NCBI RefSeq assembly: GCF_048593235.1
Contig: NC_133618.1
Location: 389,874,562-389,938,561, forward strand
Direction: 5' to 3'
Source: Sminthopsis crassicaudata
Taxonomy: Eukaryota
Length of the DNA: 64,000 nucleotides
Positions 1-24,900 of the stretch are shown here, piece by piece (the first letter of the stretch is position 1; each line of letters starts with the position of its first letter). The notes beneath the pieces were generated by a model. It had not been told where the DNA came from, ran no database searches, and saw nothing but the letters and a program-made list of their open reading frames with translations. Position numbers and translations under genes: made by a program.

Positions 1-234
1 GAAAGAAAAATCTAAAAAAAATTGGAAGTTTTTCTATTTACCCTATATGTGAGATTTCCTCAATTTGGACATAAATTCCTCAAGGTCAGAACTGTACTTC
101 TGTCTTCCCTTATATCTGACACTGTTTCTTAGAAAAACTCCCCATAGTTCCCCTTCCTCTTCCCTACAATTAATTCCCCAACCCAATGACCAACAATGAT
201 CCACATCAAAGGTTGCTTGATGCAGTTCCCTCAC

Positions 235-3300
<3,066 letters not shown>

Positions 3301-3904
3301 CATGGGCTGTACATGCTGTTCCTTCTCGTGCTGGTCTTCTTTCTCATGGGCCTTGTGGGGTTCATGATCTGCCACGTGCTCAAGAAGAAGGGTTACCGTT
3401 GTCGAACATCAAGAGGTTCCGAGCCTGAGGATGCCCAGCTACAGCTGCGTGAGTGTGGGAAAAAAGGGGGCCCCATTACAAGGGATGAATCTTCTTTCTT
3501 CTATGTCCAAACCACATTTAGATGTGCCGGGGCATGCACATTTCACTGATTCTCCTCACTGCATCTTATCCAGGTGCTCTTTCCTCTCCCCTACTCCTGA
3601 TGGGGCTTTGATTCCCCTGGTGTACCCAGCAGCAGGGGGACTCACATCCTGCTACCATAACTCATAGCTCATATTTCAAGAACCTAAGCCTGGGACAGTT
3701 TTTGCAAGTTTATTTGGGGGGATTAACATACAGTGGGTTCAATAACTACAAGGCAAAAATTCAGTGACTCTGAGGTCCTGGTGAATTATTTTGTAAACCT
3801 GCTGGCTAACTACTCCTGAAATTGTGTGGGATGGGCTTGAACAGAACCTTTGGGAAAGTGGAAAGGGGGCAGGAGAAAGAATGGTATCGGTGGAGTTTTG
3901 GCAA

Positions 3905-4000
3905 ATCCCCACCCACTCTCTGACTTAATTTCCTCATCTATACAATGAAGGAATTATTCTCTATGCCCTCTAAAGTTCCTTATAATTCTGCAGCCATAAT
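3905..4000 (+). mobile_element. MIR-family SINE fragment (RELL2 intron 1)
   Basis: Degenerate MIR core ttaatttcctcatctatacaatgaagg...ctctaaagttccttataattctg; limits approximate. Confidence 0.4.
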
Positions 4001-5087
4001 CCTATCATGGCCACTGACTTGAAGCATCATATTGTTAAGGAGTCAAATAAAGGGGTCATGAAAATCAAAGGAAGAATCCTCAGGACAGTGCTTGAGTTGG
4101 CCCAAGTTGCCTTGTCCTTAATGTTGACATCTTTGCTCACCTTCACAGCTGATGATGAGGATGTGAATGAGGATACAGTAGAAAGGATTGTTCAATGCAT
4201 CATCCAAAATGAAGGTGAGTGCTCCCTGACATTTGTTCTTTAACCCTTGCCCCACTCCTATATCCACGACATCCTCTTGCCCCTTCTCTTTCACAGCTAA
4301 TGCTGAGGCCTTGAAAGAGATGCTTGGTGATAGTGAAGGTGAAGCAACAGTACAGCTATCCAGGTGAGCTGGAAGTATGGAGAATTTCCCCAAATATTGG
4401 TCAGAGAAAAGTTTCTCCTTAATAGTTGTCCCCTGTAAAAGTCACAACTTAATCAGTTGGGTAATGTGATTTAATGTGTTCCTAAGACTGTTCCAAAGTA
4501 ACTTTTCTATACAAGTATCACTTTGTGAACCCCATCATTCATTCCTTAGGTTAATCATTGAGTCTACAATGTAACCTTCTTGGATTTAAAAAACCTTAAG
4601 AGACAAAGTATTGTCCTAATATGAATCAGATTTTGGAGAGAATAGGACAGATAGAAAGGGAGGGGGATTATGGAGGCTACTGGAGAGAGAATTAAGGAAG
4701 GCAGGCACCCAAACTTCACAATTTTGATTAAAGCTACCCAGATAAAAGGACCCCAGGGAGAAAGGAATACAAATATATGACTGAAAAGGACTCTCCTGTA
4801 TTCCCTCAGCCTTGACGGTGCTCCTAGCCTGCAGGATGGGACTCCATCTCACCACCATACAGTTCATCTGGGCTCGGCTGCCCCTTGTATCCACTGCAGC
4901 CGAAACAAGAGGCCACCTCTCATCCGACAGGGCCGATCCAAAGAAGGCAAAGGCCGTACTAGGCCAGGGGAGACCACAGTGTTCTCTGTGGGCAGGTGTG
5001 CATGGGGCACCCAAAGAAGAGGGGAGAGACTTCAGGGCCTCCCAATAAGATGGTAGATTTTCTAAGACAGCTGGACTAGTTGAGAGA

Positions 5088-5093
5088 TTTATT
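5088..5093 (-). terminator. Candidate distal poly(A) signal of FCHSD1 (inside RELL2 intron 4)
   Basis: TTTATT on + strand = AATAAA on - strand, about 1.7 kb downstream of the FCHSD1 stop. Confidence 0.35.
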
Positions 5094-6485
5094 CAGGCTC
5101 CATTAATACTATTCTCCTCTTGTACTGGAGAGTAGGGGGAGATGAGGATTTCAGTCAGGAAGTTCTCTTGGAATTACAAGGCTCATCTATCTGCTGAGAT
5201 TTCTTTTGCTGTCAGAAGCTATCAAATGACAACAGTGGGGGAGCAATATTGGGGGAATGGGTTCAGAGAACCTCCAGTAACCCTGTCCCTTCTCTCCCAG
5301 ATTCCGGGTAACACATATTGAGAAGAGGTTTGGGCTGCATGAACATCGGGATGGCTCACCCACAGATAGAAGCTGGGGTTCCAGCGGTGAGCAGGACCCA
5401 GGGGGTGGCCAGAGTTCGGGGAAAGGGCAGATTGGGACTGGACCTCCTGCCATAGAGAGACTTCCAGCATCAGGGCCAGAGGTTGGCGTCCTATCTAGTC
5501 CTCCTGTACAGAATGGGGGCCTCAGAGAAAGGAGCCTCACCCCCTCTCTGATTGAGGCACCCTCTGGAGCCATGGAAAACTTGGAGACGACAGACAGAGG
5601 GGACACAAGGCCAGTGTTGACCAGAAGGGAAACTAATGGACAACCAGCCAAACTGGATGCCTCAGATCTCCAGGTAGGCAGAAGTCAAATGTGTGCGTAG
5701 CAAAATCAAAGGGGGTGGAGCCACTGGGTAAAGCTACTGTCCTTGCTTAGTAAGTCATTTTCTGAGTAGATGAAGTTAAAGAGCTCTTGCCTTCTTTATC
5801 TCAGGTGTCACCACCAGGAGGCTCAGGAGGAGTGTGAGGTGAGTCTGGCCCTTCCAAAATATCTTTGCTTTCAGGGAATGGGGAGTGGGGAACCCCACCA
5901 CTTTAAACTGAACAGTTCAGCCTATGATGCTGATTTTAAGGAGGGAGGGGCTAAGGGTACCACTCTCCCAAGGGGCATGCAGAAGGGAAGGACAACTAGA
6001 AGTAGAGTATGAGTCAGGAGGTTGAGAAAGAGGCTAGAATTGACAGGAAGAGTATCCCCTTCCCTCTCCTTTTCTCTAAGCTTCATCTTCACTCTCTACT
6101 GCAAGGATCAGTAACTGGCTGGGCAGGGAAGAGGGGCAAGCATGAAGTTCCTCCTCACTCTGAGACAGCATTGCCCTCTAGGAAAACAGAACAACCCCTC
6201 TTCCCTGGGGGCTGTACTATCTCAGGCTGGGAATGCAGAGTGGCCCACAGCCTCTTAATCCCTTCCCTTAACTGCATCTTCAGCCTAAGACAAGTCAAAG
6301 GTGAGGAGAAATTGCCCCTACATTTACCCCAGGCTCCTCCCTCCTCCATCAACTTGCTCCATCTGCTTGAGCGTGGCATTTGGGAGCAGGCCCTTTGCTC
6401 AAGATGGGCACCTGAAGCAATACTCCCCACTAGGCCTCCCTCTCAGCACACAAAAGCTCAGGCACTGGCTTGGGCTCCTTGCCCC

Positions 6486-6491
6486 TTTATT
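6486..6491 (-). terminator. Candidate proximal poly(A) signal of FCHSD1
   Basis: TTTATT = AATAAA on - strand, about 320 nt downstream of the FCHSD1 stop codon. Confidence 0.55.
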
Positions 6492-6499
6492 GCACTGTC

Positions 6500-6505
6500 A
6501 ATAAA
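6500..6505 (+). terminator. Poly(A) signal of RELL2
   Basis: First AATAAA I found on + strand after the RELL2 stop codon. Confidence 0.6.
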
Positions 6506-6811
6506 TCAGCTCAGACTATTACAGCGGATCTGCACACTGGTTCCCACGACTTCTGATCCCTCCCCCCAACCCATGGGGGGCAAGGGGAGGGGAGAGGGAG
6601 GTGGGTGGTGGGACAAGTCACAAGTGGCCACAGCCTCAGGAAGGCAACCTGAAACACATCTATACTGCCTCGGTATCCTAGGGCCCTGCCCCAGCCTTGG
6701 CTTCCGGAGGGGAGATGAGGTTGGGGAGAGGTCATCACACACTTTCTCTGGTGGCAGCCACTCAGCATTGGGAGGCATCGATAAGGAGGAGGCTGGGACT
6801 CCCCATTGGGC

Positions 6812-15480
<8,669 letters not shown>

Positions 15481-15586
15481 CAGATGACCCTCCCCCCAGC
15501 CGTAAATGTCACTTAAGGTTCTCCCCATCCCCCCAACCCCAGCTCCTTCGGGGAAGCCAAGGCCACGTAGCTGTTTGTTTTCAAAG

Positions 15587-15592
15587 TTTATT
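15587..15592 (-). terminator. Poly(A) signal of ARAP3
   Basis: TTTATT = AATAAA on - strand, about 355 nt after the ARAP3 stop, followed by a GU/U-rich-like and then G-rich stretch. Confidence 0.7.
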
Positions 15593-15694
15593 CTGCGGAT
15601 CCCCACCCAGCTTGGCTCCCTCCAACACCCCCCCCCCCCATCAAGCCTCCTGAGTGGAGGAGCTCCCGGAACGTGCGCTGTCAGCCCTGGAAGG

Positions 15695-15760
15695 GACTGC
15701 CTGTTTTACAGATGAGGAAACTGAGGCCCAGCGAGAGGCCGCGGACTAGTTAGGGACGGA
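15695..15760 (-). mobile_element. MIR core fragment in the ARAP3 3'UTR
   Basis: ctgttttacagatgaggaaactgaggcccag, the classic antisense MIR core. Confidence 0.55.
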
Positions 15761-15948
15761 GTTTGCATCTTTCTGTGCAGCAGGCTGCACAGGATCTTCT
15801 GGGGCCGGACAGCCCCTCCCTTGTGGCTGAGGGAGTCTCAGCATGGAAGCTTCTGGAAGACAGGGACTTTTTAATCCCTTCTAGTCCCTCTGGGAGCTGA
15901 CACTTAACATGTTTGTGGTCCCTTCTACCTCCCCGTCCCGGTTACTGC

Positions 15949-18900
15949 TCATGTAAGGGGCTGGCCGGGTGGGGGATGGGAATCACAGGGAGACCGGGGA
16001 GAGTGTCCCGGAGTGGGTCCAGGGTGGCTGACGGGGTCCGAGGTCTGTACTGGGGGGCTGGGGGGATGGGAGGCCTCCCCCTTTCGCAGAATCAGTGAGC
16101 TTAGCTCCTGAACTAACTGATCTTCCAGAGACAGATGATGCTGGAAGCTGGTTTTCCGAGGAGGCCCAGGAGGCGGCTCTGGGGGCCCCCTCTCTTGTCC
16201 CAGGGAGCTGGACTTGGAAAGTGGGGGCCGGTCGCTCTGCAGGCTTTGGCTTTGCGCTAGAGGCGCAGTCTGGCTGCTGGAGGGCTCCCTAGGGACGTCT
16301 GGTTTAGATGCCCCGTCCGGCGGGAGTGGGGAGTCCTTGGTCAGTTCCGGGAAGGCCCCTACCTCCTCATACACCGGTTCCTCAGCCTCTTCTTGCTCTT
16401 CCACAGAATCCTGAGACAGCTTCAGCGGCTGGACGAGTAATGGATGGGACATTAGGGTTCCAGGGGGATCTCCTATCCCCCTGGGGATCCCTCCCCTGGC
16501 TCTATAACACTGCCCCAGAGGCTCCCCCAACCCCAGAACCACGCTCTCGGTTTCACGGACAATATTCAGCACGTCAGGAGCACACAGAAACCCCCTGGCC
16601 TGGGGTGGGCCGAGGAACACAGGCAGGCACACGGCATTGGGGGAAAGAGGAGACAGTACTCACAAAAAACATGGACAGCGTCCTCCGGTTGTGCAGTCGG
16701 CGCTGAAAATGGCAGTGGGTGGGAAAGACACAGTGAGCAACAACACACAGAGCATGGGCAATGGGAACACTGAGGCGCTGAGCGGGGAGCGGGCCTACGG
16801 GGGAGGGACTTCCTTGGAAGGGGACCCGCCGCCTTGTACCTCTCCTATGTGAGTAGGATCGCCCCGCTCGGAGCTTGCAAAGCTTGGCCACAAAGGAGCA
16901 AAGGGCAGGGAGTGTGCCCTGGGGAGTGAAGCTGGGTCCAGGAAGGGCGCTGGATTAGGGAAGGGTCATACCAGTGTCTGGTTGGCAGAGAGTAGAGTAG
17001 CACCAGTGTCATCACCTCGAATGGGCAGCAGGGGCATCGTGCCAAATTTCTGCCTGGCAAGGTCGGAAGAAGAATGCCGACGCAGGACCACAGACTGCAG
17101 GTCGTCGTGCTGGGCAGGGGTGTGGGAGGCATTAATGGGTATGAGCCAGCTCACAAGGAGGGAGTGAAGACTGTCAGGGGGAGCACGGTTCTCCTCCCCT
17201 CCTCAGCTTCCACTTACCTGTGCTTTAAGAATGCTGGTTGTCCAATCCCACATCTCCTCCTCATCTGTGCAGGACAGGTAGCTGAGGAGCGACCCAAAAA
17301 AGAAGGAGACAGTGAGAGGGGCTGAACATAGACACTGAACTGGGGCAGGGGCAGGAACCCAACATTTTTACCCTTTATTGGTCTACAATGAAAGAAGTAA
17401 TGAAGTAAAGAGAGTCAAGGGAAAAGAGGGATGGGGGGAGTGGATAGAGCCAGAGGGGGAAAATGGAAGGACACTGGACTAGAAGGTGATACTCACAGTT
17501 GCAACTTCTCCAGAATCAATGTAAACCCCCATCTAGGAATCAAGGGAGAGCAGTGTTGAGGAGAAAGAAGAGGGATGACTAGAGGTATGCAAATGTATGA
17601 ATGGCAGAGGTGACTCACGGTGTTGGTGGCTTTAGCTTTCGGCGTATTCCCAGATAAACTTTCGCCCCGTCCAAAGACCATTCTCTCTCTGGCTTAGAAC
17701 TCTGGAGATGAGGTCAGGGATGTCATTCAGTCAATGAGAAATCAGGGTAGTGAGGTCATGAAGACTGCAGGGTTACCAGTAACCAGGTTCGCCTCCTCTC
17801 TGCCCAAGGTGACTGTACCCACTCCCAGCCCCAGCCCTGGGGCCTCTGGGATGGTGAGGATAGGATGGGGAAGACTGCAGCATCATCTCAGGGCATAGGG
17901 AAGGCCATCTCTGGGATGGGGCTTGGGGGCTCCGAAGAGGACATATCCCAGGGGAGTATGTACCCTTTTCTCCTTGAGCAGCAACAGGCAGCGTCCCCGA
18001 AGTAGGAAGAACCTTTCCTGAAAACGACTTCCTAGCAACTTGGGGGGCTCTTCCCGGCACCGAAGCAGACCTACCCGGGGACTCTCCCGACGCACACCTG
18101 GGCATAGACGGACAAGTGATGGACCAAAGAAACTGGGGAGAGTGGGGTCATCCGAGGAGAAGTGGTTCAGCGCTCTGCAGATGGGCTCTCTTCTATAGTG
18201 TTGGGGGAACAAGGGACTGTGAGGGCTGACCTCCCTCACCTGTGAAGAGGCAGCTGGCCTGGGCTAAGGAAACCTTGCGCAGCAACAGGGAAGCAGAGCC
18301 GGGTTCAGGGAGCTGACACCACTGCAGGGCCTGTTCTAGAACCCGTTCCTTTGGGTGAAGGGGCCGCTCTGGAAGGTGAAGCACAAAGATTAGTCCCAAC
18401 CCATGACCCGGAACCCCTTGCACCCCAGTCAGGCTTCAGCCGAGCCTGACTCACCAAGCTCTCCGTGCTCTCGGATCTCAAATGTCAGCCACAGGTCTGC
18501 TCCGGCTGTTGCTCCCCTCATCTCTAGTACCTGATTTGTCAGCTCCTCAGCAGTCAGTGTTGGGGAAACCTGAGGCAAGAGAAATACAGCAGGGCCAGGC
18601 TGCAGTTCTCAGTCTCCCTTCACCTTTCCTCTATGCCCATGTTTCCCATCCGCTCCTCTCCAGACTGACCTTCAGGGTGACGCAGTTGTCTGGTAGCTGC
18701 TGCTCCAAGTAAACTTCCATGATGATATCTCCAGCCTGTGACAGCTTTGGATGGGGTGGGGGTGTCAGGAAGGAAGTAATTGGTGAAAGGGTAGAGAAGC
18801 AGATGTGGGTAAATGGTTGGGCTCAGAAGCCCCCTCTTTGCTCTGAGATCACTAGCCATACTTCAGCCACATTGCTGTAGTTCTCTCTGGCCCTTTGCTT

Positions 18901-21900
18901 GAGATTAGGACAAGGCAATCACTTGGGAGTATCATTTGGAATCTTTTTTCCCTAAGACAATTGGGGACTTGCCCAGGGTCACACAGCTAGGAAGAGTTTA
19001 AAGACTGAAGTCAGATTTGAACTCAGGTCCTCTTGACTTTAGAGTCGGTGCTCTATCCACTGGGCCACCTAGCTGCTCCCATTTGGAATCTCTTGAAGCC
19101 TTTAAAGATTGGAGAATGAGGGTGGGGTCATGATTGGGGTGAGGAATGCGTCAGAGCGTCAAAGAGAAGGAAACTCCATATCTTAAGGTTCAAAGAAAAC
19201 AGGGAAGGGATCCAGAGGGGAATTTTGGAGAACTCTCCTCTTTTAGCCAGAGAATCAACATCTTCTTTTGATGGTCCCCAATACTGTAAGTGAAGATCTG
19301 GGCCTACTTACCTGCACATCCTTCCAGGTAGTTATGAGACTGACTTCCAGGTCAATTTGAGCCACTTGGTCTGAATCAATCTGTGGAATAGTAAGAGGCA
19401 CTGGGAAGAACTGGGGAACAATTGAAGCATAAAGAAAACTAATAAAGTTTCTGAGTGGTGGAATAATAATGGTAAATGACATAAAGAATTGCAGTTTGGC
19501 AAAGTGCTTTAAAAATGTGATTTCACTTGATTATGTATAAAATAAAACATAAATAGAAAAAACAAGGCCACAGTGACAGAGTCATGACAGCATGGTCACA
19601 GAGGTGAAGTCTTGGGAGAAAATTATAGGCCTTAGGGAGAGGGAAAAGAGATGGCTGCTGAAGTTGGGGACTGGTGAAGGATTGAAAAGCATTGAGACTG
19701 AGGGTGTGCAGTGTCAATAGATCAGAGAGTCCCTGAAGCTGGAAAGGGCCTTACATCAAAGACAGACACATAGTTGTCGATGAGTTCCTGCAGCACCCGA
19801 ACCTCATGCTCCCCTCGCCCGTCTGTCTGGAACACGCTCGGTGCAAACAACAGAGCCAGGTTCCGAGTACACATCTGGTTCAGACTCGCACATTTCTGCA
19901 CCCTGAGAAAGAAGCAGGAGAGTCCACTAACAGCATTGTAGACTGAAGTCAATGGCTGCATTATGGAGACCATTATGGTCAATGAGCTAAAAAAAACATT
20001 GCAAGGTCAGCTCTGGAGATGAAGGAACACTGCGCTAGACTGACCGGTAGAGGTGACCAATGAGGGTGGACAGTGTCCTGTGGTTGACCTTGGGCAGGCA
20101 TCCAATCACTTCCTTATACCGCTCCAGCCGCTGAGACTTCTGGGGTAACTCTGAAAACAGGAATAGGATGGGGGTTGAGGAGGGTACAGTTTGGGAGACA
20201 GGGGTTTTGGAAACAGACAGAGATGGGGTTAGGGGCACTCCAGGTACAGCTAAGGATGATTGAGGTTCCTCTCCTAGTCATGTCCCATCTCCAGATGGAG
20301 AAGTGGAGGGATTAGTGGGAAGAGAAGGATCTTAGGAGGGTCTGAATCGCTTGTGGCAAGTTACCTGCAGCCTCCCTCCATCGAGGTAACAAGCGTGCAG
20401 AGGTCACAGGGTCATCCAGCTCCCTGAAGAAGCGTTTGAGTGTGTCTGTGACGTCTTCCACAAAGTGCTCTCCAGGTCGGAGCTTCACTGACCGTGCGTC
20501 CTGCCGGAACTCGGCCAGAAGTCGGAGACTTCGTGCCCGAGCACCCCCCTTCCGATATACACCTTCCAAGCGCAGACCTGTGGACACCACCCATCACGGG
20601 CCATGGCACCTTGCAACCTTCCAGCATTTCTTCTGACATTTCATAGTTGCCCTCCATCCTCCACGTGCCCAGGACCCATCTTTAGTCCCCCTGCCCCTCA
20701 GACAGTGCTCTTAAAGCCTGGCACTGGACGAGGTTATCAGAGCCCAGTTCCCGGGGTGCTTCCCCCATCGGCTGTCTGCTGTTCCCCTCTCTCCCTCCTC
20801 ACCGTGCTGAGTGACAAAGCTGATGCAGGCGTCCACAATGATGGGGATGTCGCCTCGACTCATCTGTTGCCCTTGCAGAGCTGTTCCCCCCCCACCAGCT
20901 GCTCCTCCGATGGAGTTGCTCCAGCCAGCAAAGTCTATGCGTCCTTCCCCCTGCAAATACAGGGTCCTGAGACCCGAAGAGACTGGGTCAGAGCAGGAGG
21001 GAGAGGGATGGGCGCAACATGGGATGCAGGAAGCATCGGGGCCAGGATGCCAAAGAGTTTTAGAGCTTCACAGTAGGGAAGGCCCTCAGTGCTCATCTGG
21101 ACTGAGCAAAAACCCCTTCAAGTGCTGTCCCAGACAAATGGCCATTCAGTGTCTGCTGAAAGACCTCCCATAATGAGGAAGTGACGACTTCCTATGACAG
21201 GCCCGTCCTTTTGGGACCAGCTTGTTTTTTAGGCCTCAGGTCCTCCAGCTGGCAGTAGGGGGCAGGAGTGCCTCAGTGTGAGCAGGCAGAGTGCAGGAAG
21301 AGCTGGGCAGTGCCACCGAACAAGGCTGCCAGTGGCCAGAGCCCTGGAGGAGGCAGCCAATGCAGGGTGAGTTGGGCAAAGGCTCTTACCTTCCGGTCTC
21401 CACTAGGACCAGATGGTCTTTCTTCTCGGGGCTGTCACTTGCAGATACCACACCTGGAAGGAGAAGGGAGAAAAGTGACCTTCAGAGAAGAGACAGCCAA
21501 TCCTCCCAATTCCTCCCGCCCTTTCCATACCGCCCTCCCCAGCTCACTGATCTCCTGCAGTCTTCGCAGGTGCACAGTGTCCTCAGGGGCCGAGGAGCCG
21601 GGGCCCGGTGCCGGACACAGGAATAGGTGGTCACCTCGGAGGAGGCCGAAGGCAGACAGCCAGAGGCCTTGGGTCAGCGCGGTCTGAGAGGGGGACCGCA
21701 GCCGTAAACGGCCGAGCCTCAGCAGCCCGGGGCCCAGGAGCTGGTGGCAGCTCAGTGGGGAGAACCACTGCAGGTGAAGGGAAAGTGAAGACATGAGAGA
21801 GAAGAAATAAGAGTAAGACGTCAGGTGAAACATGGAGAGATGAGGGGAAAGATAAAAAAGGAAAGATGGAAAAGTACCGGGAGAGATGAAGAAAAATCAA

Positions 21901-24900
21901 AGGAGAGAGATAAAAATGGAAACATCAATTACTTCATCTGGGAATAGAGATACAGGGGTTGGTGTTGTTGGGGTGCTGTGGGGCTTCAGCATCTCCTCTT
22001 TGGGAATGCCACAGGCCCGGGTTGGGGGCCCACAGCAGGTGGGTCTGTGAGGAACTGGTGATGGGGAAAGGATATCCGTGAAAGGTATAGTGGGACATAA
22101 TAAAGCAAACTCCTAGTTCTGATTCACCTTGCCCACTGCTCTGGTCCAGGCCTCCAGACTATCAGCTCCATCAGCCCCAAAGTACTGGACCCTTTCTCCA
22201 GTCAGAATGAGTTCAAAGGAGAATGGGAACCTGGGGGCATAGAGTTGGGGGAATGAAGCAGGAGAAACTACAGAGAAGAGGAAGGAGCTATAGACAGGAA
22301 GAAAAGACCATTAAAGTACTTGGAGAGCTACCTGTCAAGGTCCCCTGGGTCGACTGGTGGGGGACTTACACCCAGACACACCACATCCTGTGGCTGAATC
22401 AGACTGATTGGCTCGAGGCTGGTCTCCGATGAAAACATCTCCAGAGCCGCACCCAACACACACCACAGCCTGGGGGGTGCTGCAAAAAACGGGAGGTGCC
22501 ACTTATTGGGCAGCATTCTCCAACTCTAAATAAGCCTTCCCAGTACAATCCAACCCCATCAGTGTCAGGCGTTCGCAAGCCCCAATCCCGCTTCCAGAGA
22601 CACTTCGGCTCTCCTGCCAGGGTCCCCCTTTCTCACCGTCCCGGCCCCGGCGGTGGGGCGGAGGTCCAGGCTTGCTGCTGACTGGACTGCAGTACAAAAA
22701 GCCACTTAGTGTTGCGGGTACTAGGACTTCATTGTATACACCAGGGGATGAGTCTGAAGGACGACATGGGGGGAGGGAGTGTAGATCAGAATATTATTAT
22801 AGAAAGCGTGAGCACTAGCTTAGCTATGATTACATTGGGAGCATGGCCCAGACTCTTCAGTTCCTTACCCACCCAACTGAAGTCTGGGAGGGAGGGCAGA
22901 ATGTGAGATGGGTGGTGAAGTAGTCCTATTCACTCCCCCCTCAAACCCCTTCCATTCAACTCTGCATGGATGAATCCTATGTGAAAGTGACCATTATTTA
23001 ACTGCAGATTTTCCTGTAATAGTGAGAGACCCAAAGGGATTATAAAGGAAGGATCCAGGACTGAGAGAACTTAGAGGAGAGCCTGGGCGGATATGTCAAG
23101 GCTAGAGAAAGACTTAGAAGGTCTGAGGTAGGATCATTAGGAAGTCACAGGAAAGGGATTACCTAGAGGTAGGAAATTAGAGAAACTGCCTTCAGAGCAG
23201 GGTTCTTCATGTGAGAAGAGCTGAATCATGTTTTTCAACAAGTTGGGTCCCGTCACAGCTGTACATAGTGCCTGGGTGAGGAAAGGGGCAGCCATCAGTC
23301 ACTTCTCACTGCAGCTAACACCTCCTCTCAGATCCAGAGAGAACAGCTCCAAACTGCCCTCCTCAAATTGACCCCTCCATCCTCCCACCTGCAGCAGCTG
23401 ACTGTGGTCAGGGTACTGAGGATGGGGCCCCCGAAAGAGTCCAAGCCGATATTTGCGGGAGATGAAATCCCCACGGGGTCCTGGAGGAGTGTCTGGATGC
23501 AGCCCTCCTCCTGGGGGCAGTCCCTTTATCCAGAAGCGGTTGGCTCCATCATTGCCCAGGATGAGGAAAAGCTGACAGATGCAGAGGAAATCAAAGGGGC
23601 TGTGGTAACTGGTTACAACAGGGGCCAATTTTCTCAGATCTCCAGCTCCCTGAGATACCCCAAGTCCTTTTTGTTTTTTCAAACACCCTCCTCTGGGTCA
23701 CCCAACCTCTTCCATTAATCACCTGTGTTTCAACTTTTTCACTAGTCACCTTTACCTGCACAATCTCATTGCTCCAGATGCTTGTGTCTAGTTTCAGACT
23801 CTGCACTTTAGATACCCCAGAGCCCAGAGCCCGATGCTGTCCTATAAGAAAGGAGTTGGCCTGAATGTTATCAGCTTTGGAGAAAGAACTCCCACTCCCC
23901 TCCTCTCCTCAGATGCATTTCCTTGCCCTCAGTCTTCCTGTCCCCAGGCCTAGTGTTCTTCACCTGCACAATGCTTGCAGATAACCACTCCCAGATTGAT
24001 GGAGGCCCAGTCAGGACGAGGTGCTCCACAGTCTGCACATTGTCGGTTTGCTCGGTTGGACCAGATTTTTTCAGCCACTTCATAGTCAGACAGTGTCTCG
24101 GTGATGGCCTCTTGCAGTGCAGCTGCCCAGACCTGGCGAGTACAAGCTGACTCCGCTGTGAAGCTGGGAGGTATATTTGAGCCAGCTTATCAGACCCACT
24201 TTGTACCTTCCTACAGACCCATCTTCAGACCCTCCTGCTTCCTTCCACTGTCTCCCTGGAGGCAGCTATTAGTAATTTCATCATGAGCTATCCAAAAGGA
24301 GTGGAAGGCCTTGGAGGTGGTAAGGCTCTCCCTCACAAAAAAGCTTTCAGGTAAGGACTGGATGCTTACCTGTTGGAAATGTCTTAGTATACTTATTCAA
24401 ATAGGAGTTAAACTATATACTTTTGAGACTCCCTCTAATTCTGAGGATCTTAAACATCCTTCTGACATGATATTGACCCCTCTCCCTAATTCTCCTCCAT
24501 CTTTTCACAGAAAGTACCACTCTGACTTATTCAGAAGGCCAAAGATTCCCTGAATCCCAGCATCTGCACCCCCATCTGAAGGTCCCATCCTAGGCTCAAC
24601 CCCTCTCTCTCCACCTGAAGCATCGATGGGGTGTGAGAAGGTCAAAGCTTCGATTTTTGGTCTCCCGGACACTGCAGCCCCGAAGCTCGATGAAACAAAT
24701 TCCAATGCCCAGAGAAAAGGACTGAAGAGGTGGAGAGTTGAGGAAGAAGTATCAGGGATCCATCTAAAGGTTAGGAGCTGGAGGATAGTGCCCTCCTTAA
24801 GGGCTCCATCCAGCCTGTACCACCCAAGGTCCCGCCCCATCCCTTGTGCCGCATCTTTCCCCTTTACCTGCTCACTCTTGTACAATCCTAGCTCCCCAGG

